A stretch of DNA of 43,402 bases from Octopus bimaculoides (Eukaryota). Every line of letters starts with the position of its first letter. The first letter of the stretch is position 1. The notes under the pieces are model-generated. The model had not been told where the DNA came from and did no database searches. It saw nothing but the letters and a program-made list of their open reading frames with translations. Made by a program: the position numbers and the translations under genes. The stretch is taken from positions 91,640 to 135,041 of the forward strand of contig NC_068995.1 in the NCBI RefSeq assembly GCF_001194135.2, given 5' to 3'. Positions 1-11,685 of the stretch are shown in pieces.

Positions 1-1039
1 TTTTTTTTTTTTTTTTTTTTTTTTTTATTTTGTAATTTAAGCAAGAATGATTTCTGGATTTCAATATTCTTAGAAACAATGGGATTTGAAACTACTCTCT
101 CCAGTTTCTTTCTTCTTCACCTGTCTTCCTTGTGATTCTTCTTTCTCCCTCATATTTTCCCTGCTTCTAATATTGATGATCACAAGACCCTATAAGGAGT
201 TACTTCCTTGGTTTCATGTAGAACAAGCAAGTCCACTCTAATATCACTCCAACATTTCATAAGACCATGAGGGAGCCTTTGCATGGTGCTTGACCTGCTA
301 AAAATAGCAAAATCTCCATTAATATCACCCCTTAATATCTTAATATCTTTTAAAAACTAGAAAAGACACTCTAGTTAATGTAGTCCTAGATCAAAGAAAA
401 AGGCAGGATGGTCACAACTGGAAGGATTCTCATCACAAATCTGTTGGAGATGACCTGGTGCTATACAAGAACAGATCAAAGATATTTAACATTTTTGGTC
501 CCATATTTCTATTGAAATATACTGTCTTTTGCTTAAATTAATTTTTAATAACTTTGTTTCATTTTTAAGCTGGTGTTTGGATCTTGAATTAACATGAAAT
601 TTCGATGGAAGCTTTTGAGATCATTTTAAAATGAAGTTTGTAACACAGAACCAGGGACAATTTCTGGGTGTTTTAGTATCAAAAGTATTAAGCTAATTAG
701 AGACAATGCTTACACATCACATTTGTGGCCAGTGTGTTAATTTAAATGCATAAGTAAGCCCCTAGTTTTCTGCCTGCTGTCAGTAACCCCTTCAAAAAAT
801 AAAATAAATACCAGGAATCAATTCAACTAACTATATATTTCTACTCTGTTAAAGGGTCATTATTATTATGTCTCTTTAAGTTGAGTTTGGTTACAGCTGA
901 GTTCAACTTCATCTTTCGTCCTTCCAGGATTGAGGGAGGTTGCTAAAATATGTACCAGTAATAACTGGGCTTTATATAATCAATTATTTCCTTCCCGCAA
1001 ATTTCTGGCCTCAAGATTATTATTATTTTCATCATTAAG

Positions 1040-1830
1040 GCAGTGAACTGGAACGATAATTTGCATGTTGGACAAAATGATTTGGCAGAGTTGAAGTAAG
1101 TTGATTTTCTCCTTCTCTTCAGAATTGCTACCCATTTGTTGAGATTAGAAAGAGGCAAGCTGCTGGCAGAATCCTTAGCAGCATTTCGGTCCACAATCTC
1201 AGTACAAGTTCTGTTGAGGTTGACTTTGCCTTACGTCTTTTTGGGGTCAATGAAAAAAGTACCAGCTGAGTGCTGGGGTCGATGTAACTGACTTAACCCT
1301 GTCCTGAAACTGCTGGCCTTGTGCCAAAATTTGAAATCATCATTATTATTATTATTAAGGTCAATCTTTGCCTTTCATCACTGTGGAGTTTGATGAAATA
1401 AAGAATCAATCAAGTACTGGGGTTAACGCTGTTGATGAACCCTCTGCCTTCAAAATTACCGGGTTTTGTGCCCAAAATAGAAACCAAGAGTGGTGGATTG
1501 ACAGAATGGGTAGAGCATCAAAAATAAAGTCTTGTGATGTGTTGAAATCTCACCCAATGTTAACTTTGCCCTTCATCCGTTTTATGTTGCTGAAATAAAG
1601 TATCAATCAAGTACTAAGTTCAGTCTACTCAGCTTACCCTTCTATCTAAATGTGAGACCATTATTATTATTATCCGGCCAGTAGAGTATCAGAAATTGTA
1701 GAGTGATGCATTTTATATTTAGCTATAACTGTTTCTGCTCTGAGTTCAAATCCCTATCGTTCGAGAGATTGTAGTTCATCCTTCAGCTCAATTGACTGTA
1801 AAGTCAATCCCAACCCTAACCCTAACCCCT
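1040..1830 (+). mobile_element. Cluster of decayed tRNA-related SINE copies with (ATT)n tails
   Basis: Recurrent blocks tggcagaatc (A-box-like), gagttcaaat (B-box-like), gactttgcctttcatc, ggggtcgatgtaa, ccttgtgccaaaatttgaaa and attattatt, also seen at 4.9-6.2, 19.9-20.9, 23.3, 35.3 and 43.0 kb. One partial copy (about 1460-1540) is inverted. Confidence 0.8.
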
Positions 1831-3245
1831 ATAAATTTCTAGCAATCATGGCAATGAAAGAAACCCTTGTTGCTGTTGTTTGTTTGTGAGACCCAGGTTT
1901 TGATGCAGCTTAATTAAACTGCTCTTTCATGCCTCATCTGCCTCCCTCTGCTTTTCATCTCTACTTTTCTCTGTTGTTCAGCACTCAACTGCACTTATTC
2001 AAATGCATGTCCCTTCTTCAGTCTGTGTGGCCGTTTCTACAATGTTGGATACATTTCACCTTATCTTTTGAAATGCATCTTTGTTATTTAGCTGCCATGT
2101 TTTTCATTCACACACTTGCACACATATTTATATATGTGTTTTTAGTCTTATACACACCTACACTTACACAGTTACTCTCATACACATCCATATTATGGCA
2201 TATACAATATGAGCACAAGAGCAGACACACAACATAAGTGTATATACATTACAATCACACAATGGACAGTTAGGGGGTTTCGTCAAAAACCATATCAGTA
2301 AAGCAAATTACAGCTATTTCTATATATATATATATATATATACACACTCACATACATACATTTACTCTCACACATCTATGCAAATATATGTACATATATT
2401 TCTGTGTGTGTGTGTGTGTGTGTGCACATTTGGATATGCAATTGGTAGAAAGAGTACTGAATACATATAGAGTGCAATGTTTTTACTTGTTGTTTCCGCT
2501 CCATGACTCCATGGAATGTCTTTGTGCATTAATTCAGATGACAAGGAAACTTTGTCACTGAAATAAATGAACATAGTGATATGTGTGTGTGTGTGTGTGT
2601 GTGTAGCCTATGAAGGCCATGAACTGCAAGTGCTGTCACTTCTGCCATTAAATTGTCAGGCCTTTGAAGAAGAGCTCCTTTACTTGAAAACTAGATACGG
2701 GTTATCTATAGGAAGGGCATCAGTAAAACAATACCCCATCTAATGCATGCTAGCATATATATATGTGTGTGTGTGTGTGTACACACGCACACACAGAGAA
2801 AATCAAGTACAGTAAGTGAGGTGAGATTTGAACCTATGATACTATTTTTTAAAAGTAACCACTCTACTCCTCAAACCCCCACAGCCCCTAAATAGTAGAT
2901 TGCTCAATAATTACAACATAAAAAACACAAGCACAAAAGCTTATTTTGGGATTGTGTTGCTGCTAAAACTGATATAATCCTGCAATTGTTTATTAAATAT
3001 TTGCTTTTTTTTTATTATTTTGATGCTGAATTTGTGGCATTCATGCCTGTGCTTTTTTGTACCAATTACTGTTGCTATTTATTATTGTTGTTTCAATGCT
3101 AAAGCTCACTCCCAGCTTTTTCTTGAATCCTGAAACATCCATCGGCACATCCACTTCTCACTCCAGTTCTCATAGAAACAAATCTCAAACACACACACAC
3201 ATACCCCTGGATAGAGCACTAAGCTATTTCAAATAACCTTCCACG

Positions 3246-3249
<4 letters not shown>

Positions 3250-3300
<51 letters not shown>
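3250..3300. repeat. (CA)n microsatellite
   Basis: Direct reading. Confidence 0.95.
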
Positions 3301-3303
<3 letters not shown>

Positions 3304-3480
3304 TGCCAAAGAAAAACAAAACATACTCCTGGTATTACTCTCTCTATTGGTTAGGTGAGTGGAATGAGAATACATTACCCTGTGTATATGTATATTTATG
3401 TATATATGTGTGTGTATGTATATATACTCACACACACGCACACACATATATATATATATATAATATGCATATAACGTATA

Positions 3481-3575
3481 TGCACTTCTTGCAGGGGAAT
3501 ACACGCTTACTTATCCCATCAGAGGAGGAGGAATATGGCTGGTCGTGCAGCCACTTATGCACTGCTTCCTGTGCT
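3481..3575 (-). mobile_element. Mariner transposase C-terminal relic
   Basis: Minus strand reads QEAVHKWLHDQPYSSSSDGISKRVFPCKKCI, resembling the mariner C-terminus (EAVHEWL..QP..F..DGI.KLV.RW.KCI). Confidence 0.6.
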
Positions 3576-3812
3576 GATATAGAAGTGGGATTATTAAAAA
3601 CGTAATTAATAGCGACAGAAGCAGTATTAATAGCAAAAGGTGATATTTATCCCCTCTTAAAAGTGGATGTTGTGTTGGAACACTGCAATGGTGAGCATGA
3701 GGGGAGCTTTTATATAGGATTTGTGATGTCAGGTTTATATTGCTAAAGGAGGATAATCAGTAGCAAAGGATTATCTTTAGCAATATGAGGGGTTACATGC
3801 ACCACAAGTCTG

Positions 3813-3847
<35 letters not shown>

Positions 3848-4093
3848 ATAAATTCCATATGGCATGCTCAGTGCAAACTATGGACACAAAAGAAGTGTGG
3901 TAGAATCACAGTTAAAGGTCAACAGAGAAAGTAGAATCTGTTTGTGACTGATGAGCAGGAGCAATAAATAATATGAGTAAATATGAAGTAGATGTTCTGA
4001 AATGCTCAGGAGGCTCCCTCGGAGTAGTAGGGAGTTTCTGACACCTAAGTGTCTTCATCAACTGTAAGTAGAGTTGCTCGAATATCAATTGGA

Positions 4094-4175
4094 TGGAGAA
4101 AGTCCAGAGAACTTTTACCTCTCTAACAAAATGGCTTCTCAGATGAAAGGCAGATTGTTTAATGCCTGTGTACAT
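4094..4175 (+). mobile_element. RTE-type LINE RT C-terminal relic
   Basis: Reads WRKSRELLPL...KGRLFNACV across frameshifts, resembling RTE 'W.KFRELLPLL...KGRLY.ACV'. Confidence 0.55.
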
Positions 4176-4899
4176 ATTGAGACCCTGTCATGGTTTCCCC
4201 CACAACTCATCTTCTGACACCCACTTTTCTATCAATCTATCAATATGTTACCGTATTCCCTTCACTCCTCCCTACACTGAGCTGATGTCCTTTGTACCCA
4301 ACTTTGTACCCAACTCATTCTCTATCACTTAATCAGCTGTTACACCATTTCTAATTAGTGAACTTACCAACACATCCACCTTTTCCCTTACACTGTCTGT
4401 CTCTTTCGCCAAATGTCTAAGTAATGAAAATACAAAGAAACCACACCGGTTGCCAGGCAGTGGCAGGGACATGCACAAAGACACACACACGCACACATTT
4501 ATGTCTTCAATATTTACCTTATGAAGTATGGATATTTGAAACAACATGTAGCAGAATTAATTTCTCTTCATCCATACATGGAGCCTATATTCTACTTCAT
4601 GTATTACTCCATGACCCTTTTTCAACTGTTGCTTTAATTTTGCTGCTGTTTCTTTGTTGCTGTTGCACAAATAGTTCTCTCTCTATATTTTTAATTTTGA
4701 TCCTCTCTGCCCAAAAATGGGATTAAATTCATTTTGAGTTTGTTCATCCAGAATCGGAGGGGGGGGGGGAGATTTTTAATACTATATGAACTTAGAAAAT
4801 ACTAAATTAATTCAATAAATTATAAGAACCTTACTTTATAATAAATAGCCTTGGATCTAATTCAAACAAATCATCATCATCATTATCATTATTATTAGC

Positions 4900-5943
4900 A
4901 GCAGCATTTCGTCTTTCTCTTTATTCCAAGTTTAAATGCTGTTGAGGTCAACTTTGCCTTTCATCCTTTCAGGGTTGATGAAATAAGTACCAGTTATGCA
5001 CTGGGGGTCAATCAACTAGCCCCCCCCCCACTTTAAAAGTTCAGGATAAAAGAAGTACCAGTCAAGTACTGGGGAAGCATATAATTAACTTCCTTCTGCC
5101 CTCAATGACTGCTGACCCCTTTGCCAAAATTTGAAAGCAAGTCAGTGAACCCTGCAGAATTGTTAAATCAGACAAAATGCCTTTAGCAGTATTTAATCTG
5201 TTTTCATGTTCTGAGTTCAAATTCCAACTTTGCCTTTTTGGGTTCCAGCTGGGTCCTGGAGTCAATGTAATTCACTTAATCCCCGCACCTGACCTTGTGC
5301 CAAAATTTGAAACCATTATTATTATTATTGTAATCGAGGTGGCAAGATGGCAGAATTGTGAGCCCACCAGGGGCATTTTGTCCTTCTTTATTTTCTGATT
5401 TCAAATTCCGTTGAAGTTGATTTCATCCTTTTGCCGGGGTCAATAAAATATGGACCAGTTGAGCAATGGGATCAATGTAATCAACTGACCCCTTTTTCCA
5501 GAGTTTTCTGGCCTTGTGCCAAATTGTTAAAAATAGAACAATAAAAGAATTATATTCGGCAATCAACAGATATATTTGTTTAATCCCAGGCAAAATTAAA
5601 ATCCTCATCTTCCCCATTGTGACTTCATAGCAAAATCTATGCAGCTTTTTTTTTTTTAAATTCATTTTTCATTTTTTTTTTTTTACTTTTATTTTTAATT
5701 CTTTCCTTCAAACACTTTTATGTTGAAATCAACATGAATTCTCATCATTATTATTATTATTATTAAGGAAGACAGCGAGTTGGCAGAATTGTTAAGACAC
5801 CAGACAAAATGCTTTGTAGCATTTCGTCCATTCTGAGTTCAAATTCTGCTGATACTGAATTTGCCTTTCATCCTGTTGAGGACGATGTAGTCAGTTAGCC
5901 TCCTCTGTCAACAATTTCAGATCTTGTGCTGAAAGTAGAAACG

Positions 5944-5978
<35 letters not shown>

Positions 5979-6260
5979 GGCAACGTGCTGGCAGAATTGT
6001 TAGCATGCTGGGCAAAATGCTTAGCAGTATTTCGTTCGCCTTTATGTTTGGAGTTCAAATTCTGCTGAGGTCGACTTTGCCTTTCATCCTTTCGGGGTCG
6101 ATATTTTAACTATCAGTGAAACACTGGGGTCGATGTAATCGACTAGTCCCTGCCCCCAAAATTTCAGGCCTTGTGCCTATAGTAGAAAGGATTGTTATTA
6201 TTGGCTTAGTGGCATTTCTTCAGGCTCGTGGTCGACTTTCGGGGTCAATGTAATCGATTT
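4900..6260 (+). mobile_element. Head-to-tail array of about 6 tRNA-related SINE copies
   Basis: Repeated ggcagaattgttag...gagttcaaattc...gactttgcctttcatcc...ggggtcgatgtaatc units separated by (ATT)n. Many CpG positions read TG/CA. Confidence 0.85.
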
Positions 6261-6519
6261 AACACCCTCCTTTAAAATCACTAGTCTTAGCATATCTCGG
6301 TCTGCTTCTCCTAAGGGAGATAACTCTGATGATTTATCTCCCTTGCTATGTGACAGTGGAGGAGACATATTTGTATTAGCATTTGCGATTCAATAAGTTG
6401 ACATTTTGTATTCAGCTGATGTTGTGTAGGTATATCATATGACCCACAAAGCCCTTTTTTCAATGCTCTGGTAATTCCACCACTACTTGGGGGTGTCATT
6501 AAGTCAATCATTTTATCAA

Positions 6520-6632
6520 CAGCAAAAGGATGATAAATAAAATTGAGCAGAATTTGAACTCAGAACCTAAAGAGCCAGAGAAATGCCATTTTGCATTTTG
6601 TTCAACATGAAAACAATTCTGTTAACTCACTG

Positions 6633-6672
<40 letters not shown>

Positions 6673-6990
6673 TCTTTCTAATTTTGGTACTAGGCCAACA
6701 ATTTAGTGTGGTGGTGGTGGGGAATTGATTTCATTAACCCTATTACTTGAGTGGCACTTTATTTGATCCCAAAAATGAAAGAGAAAATTGTCTTTGATGG
6801 GATTCGAAATCAGAATGTAAAGAGCCGAAATAAATGCCTTTTTTTCTAGCATACTAATGATTCTACTTGTTAACCACTTTAATTGTTAATAATAAATTCT
6901 TTATAATTTTGGCACAAAGCCAGCAGTTTTTAGGGGAGAGTAAAGTTATTGATATTGACCCCTACTTCTCAACTTGTGCTCATTTTATTA
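6520..6990 (-). mobile_element. Two to three SINE copies in reverse orientation
   Basis: Reverse complements of the same SINE blocks (gaatttgaactcagaac, (AAT)n, ttttggcacaaagccagc). Confidence 0.75.
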
Positions 6991-7089
6991 ACGATACAAT
7001 TTGTCCCCTAAACATAACCCCATCTAAAATCTATTAGATTTACTTCTGAGACACTATGTTGAGTTTTAATGTTACAGAAGGAGATGCTA

Positions 7090-8030
7090 AGGCCAACGTT
7101 TTTATTTTTTTAATTCTTAATCTTTTCCTGGTCTGTTTGATTTTTCTGGTTGCTAGAATTTTGGATTGTGAATAGAGCATTTCTCTGTATAGATCATTGG
7201 AGATGTCAGAGAATTATTCATGGAGACTGTTAAGTAGGTAATGCCCTACAAAATCCATAACTGACCCCCTTAGGGATGTCAAAAAAGTTGGGTGTATCCT
7301 TGCGGGCCCAGGATTTCCCATCAAGCAGTATGATATTTCGGCAGGTTGCTAATATTATATCAAGACCATCGTAAGGTAGGTTGGAATGTTTTTTGGTGAA
7401 AATTAGGGCCTTATTTAGATTAATAAGGGATATGCTGGAGTAGTATTAATCAATGTCAACTTGTATAAATTTTAATTTGTGCTTTGGGCATAGAAAATTG
7501 AATCACTGGGTAGCTTCAGTGGCTCTGGTCCAGAGTTTTAATGTTGATATGGCAGAGAGTTGGGGGTATTACCCGATCAAGTATAACTTTGCTGATCTTA
7601 CTTATATCGGTGCTGGAGGGGCAGATGAAGTGAACTGAGGGGTTCGCTGCAAAGTTTTCTTTGTGATCCTTTAAGTTTATATTGGGTGGGCAAGGTGTGG
7701 CAGGTTCAGTCCTATCTTCAAATCCAAGTTTAACAATGACAACTCTATATTTGCTGTTGATTTCTTTGAGAGCCAAATCAGGTCCAATTCTGTAGTCCTT
7801 GTGTAGTTGCTTGAGTATTAAATCTCAGTATTTGTTTAGGGAAGCTTTGCATAAATTGCCTGTCTTATCAGCGAGGACGAGAATTCTGGGATATTTCTGA
7901 AGTTTTTTTTAATAATCTTATTGATTTTGGTTAGGTGAGGGATGGTTGCTTTTCTTTTGGGTTTAAATTTTATGTTTTTCACCATATTGGTAATGTCCTG
8001 TTTGAAATTGTTGAGCTGTCAGTTTGGAGG
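7090..8030 (-). mobile_element. Decayed Penelope-like element, RT N-terminal/fingers/palm region
   Basis: Minus-strand translation gives ILVLADKTGNL (about 7860), NLKDHKENF..NPSV.FI.P...DISKISKVILDRVIP (7560-7675), KFIQVDID*YYSSI (7430-7470), KSWARKDTPNFFDIP and DLYRE (about 7190). These correspond to PLE RT motifs (DKG-, K.HK-, RPI-, D..SLY.SI- and YRDD-equivalents). Stops and frameshifts are present. Confidence 0.75.
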
Positions 8031-8648
8031 TGGGTGTTTATACATTTTTATATATGTATGTATATATGTTCAGGATTCAAGTGAATCAGGTTCTTAAATG
8101 GTTAAACATTGTGTCAGGTCAAAAAGAAACAAATCGCATATACAATGAAATCAGTGGAACAAATACCTACATATTGAATGACAAATAATTATTGCAGTTG
8201 TGTATACAATTAACTGTACCCAACTGAGTATATTGTGAGTATTAAGGCTGTATTTAGGATACAGCTTCAAAACTCATATATATATATATATATATATATA
8301 AATTTGTTTTTCACTTTTTGTTTTTTTGTTGGTTGTCTTAATTTATTAACCACAATTTATTTTTGCAGCAGTTTTCTGTCCACTGTATGTCCCTGCTCTC
8401 CGAGCAAGGTCAGTTCTGGACTGAACATTCTCTCCACAAGCTCCTCCAAGTAGCGAGAGAGAGAGAGACAAACAGACACACACTCACGGCATTGGTATAT
8501 CATTCTTTATCTTGCTCTACAGCTGGATATATGGTTTGCTCTTCCTAGAAATAGCTTTGTCCAACACTAAAACTGCCTCAACAACCACCACCACCCCCAG
8601 CTCCATCTATGATGAGCTGGGAGTGGATTGCCTTTGATCAGGACTTAC

Positions 8649-8704
8649 CTAGATCTAAATATAATGAGTCAGGTGAGGGAGCTTTTAGAGGGTCTTTCAA
8701 CAGG
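8649..8704 (-). CDS. Candidate 56-nt exon (LLKDPLKAPSPDSLYLDL), gene unknown
   Basis: Minus strand: ttttttattacaactggttgttgtttctAG / exon / GTAAGT. Only one frame is open. No homology recognised. Confidence 0.25.
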
Positions 8705-9764
8705 CTAGAAACAACAACCAGTTGTAATAAAAAAATGAAATGCTATCACAACAATGTAGCCACAAATGGAATGGTTATGGTTGGAATGCCTCATTGGTTT
8801 ATTTGAATAGGATCATTGGCCCTCGTGCACTAAGCAACAACAGATATATAATAGCAGAGAACCCAGACACTGCTTCACATCTTGCCCCAGAAATCCTTGC
8901 AAGCCAGTGTGTGACATGTCATCGTCAAAGAGACAAACAGATATGAAATAGCAGATATTCAACTGGGTCCCTGCTTTTGATGTCTTTAATGCTGATGGAG
9001 AGCAACAGATCAAGAAGCACACAACATGAGCAACAACGACAACATTGAAATACTTGCGTCGTTGTGACTGGTTTGCTCCCAAGCTGCTATTATGACGTTT
9101 GTCATACTTTAGTGAAACCTTAAACATCACTCTTGTAAAACTAGTAAATTTCTAGGAAGAGGAACCATACAGTTTGTGTGTGTTTATACATATATATATG
9201 TATATAAATGTATTTATATATATATTTGTATATGATATCACCTCTGTTTCCTGAAGCCTCTTTTCGTTGCTGTTTATGTGAATACATCCTGATGTTTTTG
9301 TTGCCTAATCTTCTTCTTCTATTCACCCATTACCTCTGTTCTCGGACACCCCCAACCACAGGTTTTCTTTTTCCCTACTTTCATCTTTATTCCCACTTTT
9401 CAATACTTATGTCTGCTTCTTTCACTCAAACTTTCAGCTTTTCCTTTTCTTTCTTCGTCTCTCAGTTTCTGCTACAGCCTTTTTTCTTCTTTTGTCTTTT
9501 GTCTTTCTTCAAATGTTAATAAATGCTTCATCGTATTTATTTTTTTCTTTTAACACTTCTTTGATTAATATTTACATGTGTGTGTGTCTGTGTGTCAGCT
9601 TGCAATAAAAATGTATGTGTGTAGTACACAGACTATTTTGTTGGGGTGGGGTAATTATCTGACCACTTGATTAATATGTTCAAACAAACATGCAAGTTTG
9701 TATATGCACACACACACACACGTTCATACATGCACATTTATACATACACATATATATCATCATC

Positions 9765-9930
9765 ATCATCATCATATTACGTCCACTTTCATTCCTGGCC
9801 CGCATTGGGTCGGTCAGCATAATTCAGGCCAGTCCTTTCCTACTGAGAACTACTCCTGCTCTAAACTGCTTCTTGTGTGGCGTTCTGGCTTTGTTTCTAT
9901 GACTGGATGCCTTTCCTCTTGTTAAACCCT
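9765..9930 (-). mobile_element. RTE-related 3' tail with (ATG)n end
   Basis: Reverse complement of the ...gtggacgt.aaa.gatgatgatg tail type also seen on plus at 10090-10170 and 10650-10835. Confidence 0.6.
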
Positions 9931-10138
9931 GCCTTTGTGTGTAGCTCAGTGTCTAATGGTAAGAGAAGGATTCCAATGGGACGTCTGTAGTCAGTTCATA
10001 TGAATAGGCGTGACGGTGGCGCCAGCAGGAGGAGGAGAAGAATCTGTGAGCCAATGTTTTGGATTTTGTTGGCAATAAATTGATATTTAGATGTTCTCGA
10101 ATCATCCAACCCATGTTAGCATGAATGATGGATACTAA

Positions 10139-10171
<33 letters not shown>

Positions 10172-10241
10172 TACCTATCAAAAATGACAGGGTTTATTTC
10201 TGTCCCAGTAATTCTTAACCTCTTTGTTTAGAGGCAAAGAG

Positions 10242-10299
10242 ATTCAAGAAGAAAATGGAGGAAAGGTAGAACTATCTCAGCTCCATTTTCTTCTTGAAT
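10242..10299. repeat. Perfect 19-bp inverted repeat, 20-nt spacer
   Basis: attcaagaagaaaatggag (10242-10260) and ctccattttcttcttgaat (10281-10299) are exact reverse complements. Confidence 0.95.
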
Positions 10300-10405
10300 T
10301 TTAATTTTTTGACTTTTAAAATTACTTTTATTTTTGGATAGGATATTGCAGTTTCTTTCTTTTTATTTAAACTTATAAATTTAGCCTAAATATCCTGTAT
10401 GTATG

Positions 10406-10406
<1 letters not shown>

Positions 10407-10464
<58 letters not shown>

Positions 10465-10490
10465 ATATATATATATATATATATATACAT
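10407..10490. repeat. (TCTA)n plus (TA)n microsatellite
   Basis: Direct reading. Confidence 0.95.
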
Positions 10491-10649
10491 GCACACATAC
10501 ATACAGACACACACACATTGCTTTCTCCACCTGTTTCTCTCTCATTTTAACCTTTCATCCCCGACACAAGATCTCTTCCTCTTCCTCCAATGCCCCCCTC
10601 CTCCCCTCTCAAAGATTCTTCCTTGTCTTGCAAGTTACTTGGTGACCCT

Positions 10650-10835
10650 GCCAGTACTGGTGCCATGTAAAAAGCACTCAGTCCACTCTGCTGGGGGAGG
10701 GGCTGGTGTTAGCAAGAGCATCTAGCCAAAACAGTCAGTGAAGCATGGTGCAGTGTTCTACCTGGCCAGCTCTTGTCAAACTGCCCAATCCATGCCAGCA
10801 TGGAAAGTGGACATTAAATGATGATGATGATGATA
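10650..10835 (+). mobile_element. RTE-related LINE/SINE 3' end
   Basis: gtactggtgccatgtaaaaagcac...ccatgccagcatggaaagtggacattaaatgatgatgatg; a related tail lies at 13385-13520. Confidence 0.65.
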
Positions 10836-10999
10836 TATATACATGCAGTGGAACCTCAGTTTTCAAATGCCTCTCCGTGCACTTCCCTCTTCAAATTTAC
10901 CATGCCCATCCCTGCTTGAATTTCCTATGGGAAAAATAGTTTCAGTTTACAAACAAGTGATAAATGGTCTTCAGGGATGAATGATATTTGTGAACCAAG

Positions 11000-11330
11000 G
11001 TTCAACTTTCATCATTTATTCTCCATTTTCCAGTTGGCATAGGCTTGACGGTTTGACTGGAACTGGTAAGCTGGGGAGCTGTACAAGGCTCCAGTCTGAT
11101 TTTGGTCTCTATTCCCCTTTCAACATGAACCTCTTCAAAAGTGTAGTGGGTGCCTTTTACATGTCACCCTCACGGGTATCTTTTATGTGTCCCCATCACT
11201 GTCCCCAGCACTATGGTTTCACTTGGCCTGATGAGTCTTCTCAAGCATAGCAAACTGCCAAAGGCCTCAATCATTTGTCATCGCCTTCATGAGACTATAT
11301 TAGATACACATGTAATTTTTACCATTCACT
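11000..11330 (-). mobile_element. RTE-related repeat fragment
   Basis: Resembles the reverse complement of the RTE 3'-region family seen elsewhere in the window. Recognised by pattern only. Confidence 0.45.
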
Positions 11331-11419
11331 CACACAATTTTCGTAAAAGGAAAGTAAACACAATGTCACTTCCAAACGTAAAAGTATTTTCAAACTCAAA
11401 ACATATCAACTAGATTATA

Positions 11420-11685
11420 GCTGGAATCGACAATCAGGGTAATTAGGAGGACAGAAATTGGGACGAGTGAAGTGGGAGAAATTCTTCAACAGCCACTTCT
11501 GACTCTTTCCTGAGAAATGGCAAGGACCGAAATCTTGCAAGAAAATATATCGTCTTCCAGGGACTTTATATGGCCATTGGAATTGAAAGTAAGTTTCTGT
11601 TCAATAATGTAGGGCAGCATAACATCAATCTCACTGGAGACACATAGAAAGACCATCACAGTTTGGGGAAGCTGGCTTTCGTGAT
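11420..11685 (-). mobile_element. Tc1/mariner superfamily transposase relic, maT (DD37D)-like
   Basis: Minus strand: QLPQTVMVFLCVSSEIDVMLPYIIEQKLTFNSNGHIKSLE, frameshift, then RYIFLQDFGPCHFSGKSQKWLLKNFSHFT.PNFCPPNYPDC. This resembles maT 'VMVFG.VSSEGDVMPP.IF..GLRLN..GY' and 'YVFQQDSAPCH.S.KSQKWL.ENF...WPPNSPDCNP'. Confidence 0.8.

Noticed and set aside
1809-1830. cccaaccctaaccctaacccct, telomere-like (TTAGGG) units
   Set aside because: Only two perfect units, inside the variable C-rich segment of a SINE.
1980-2100. Strong-looking plus-strand acceptor at 1980
   Set aside because: No good donor, and the minus strand resembles a decayed RTE tail, which explains the pyrimidine tract.
8256-8274. 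gctgtat/atacagc hairpin resembling hammerhead stem II
   Set aside because: No properly placed CUGANGA or GAAA core.
8945-9015. IFNWVPAFDVF..ADGE, faint RNase H-like motif
   Set aside because: Too few conserved residues and no supporting flanks.
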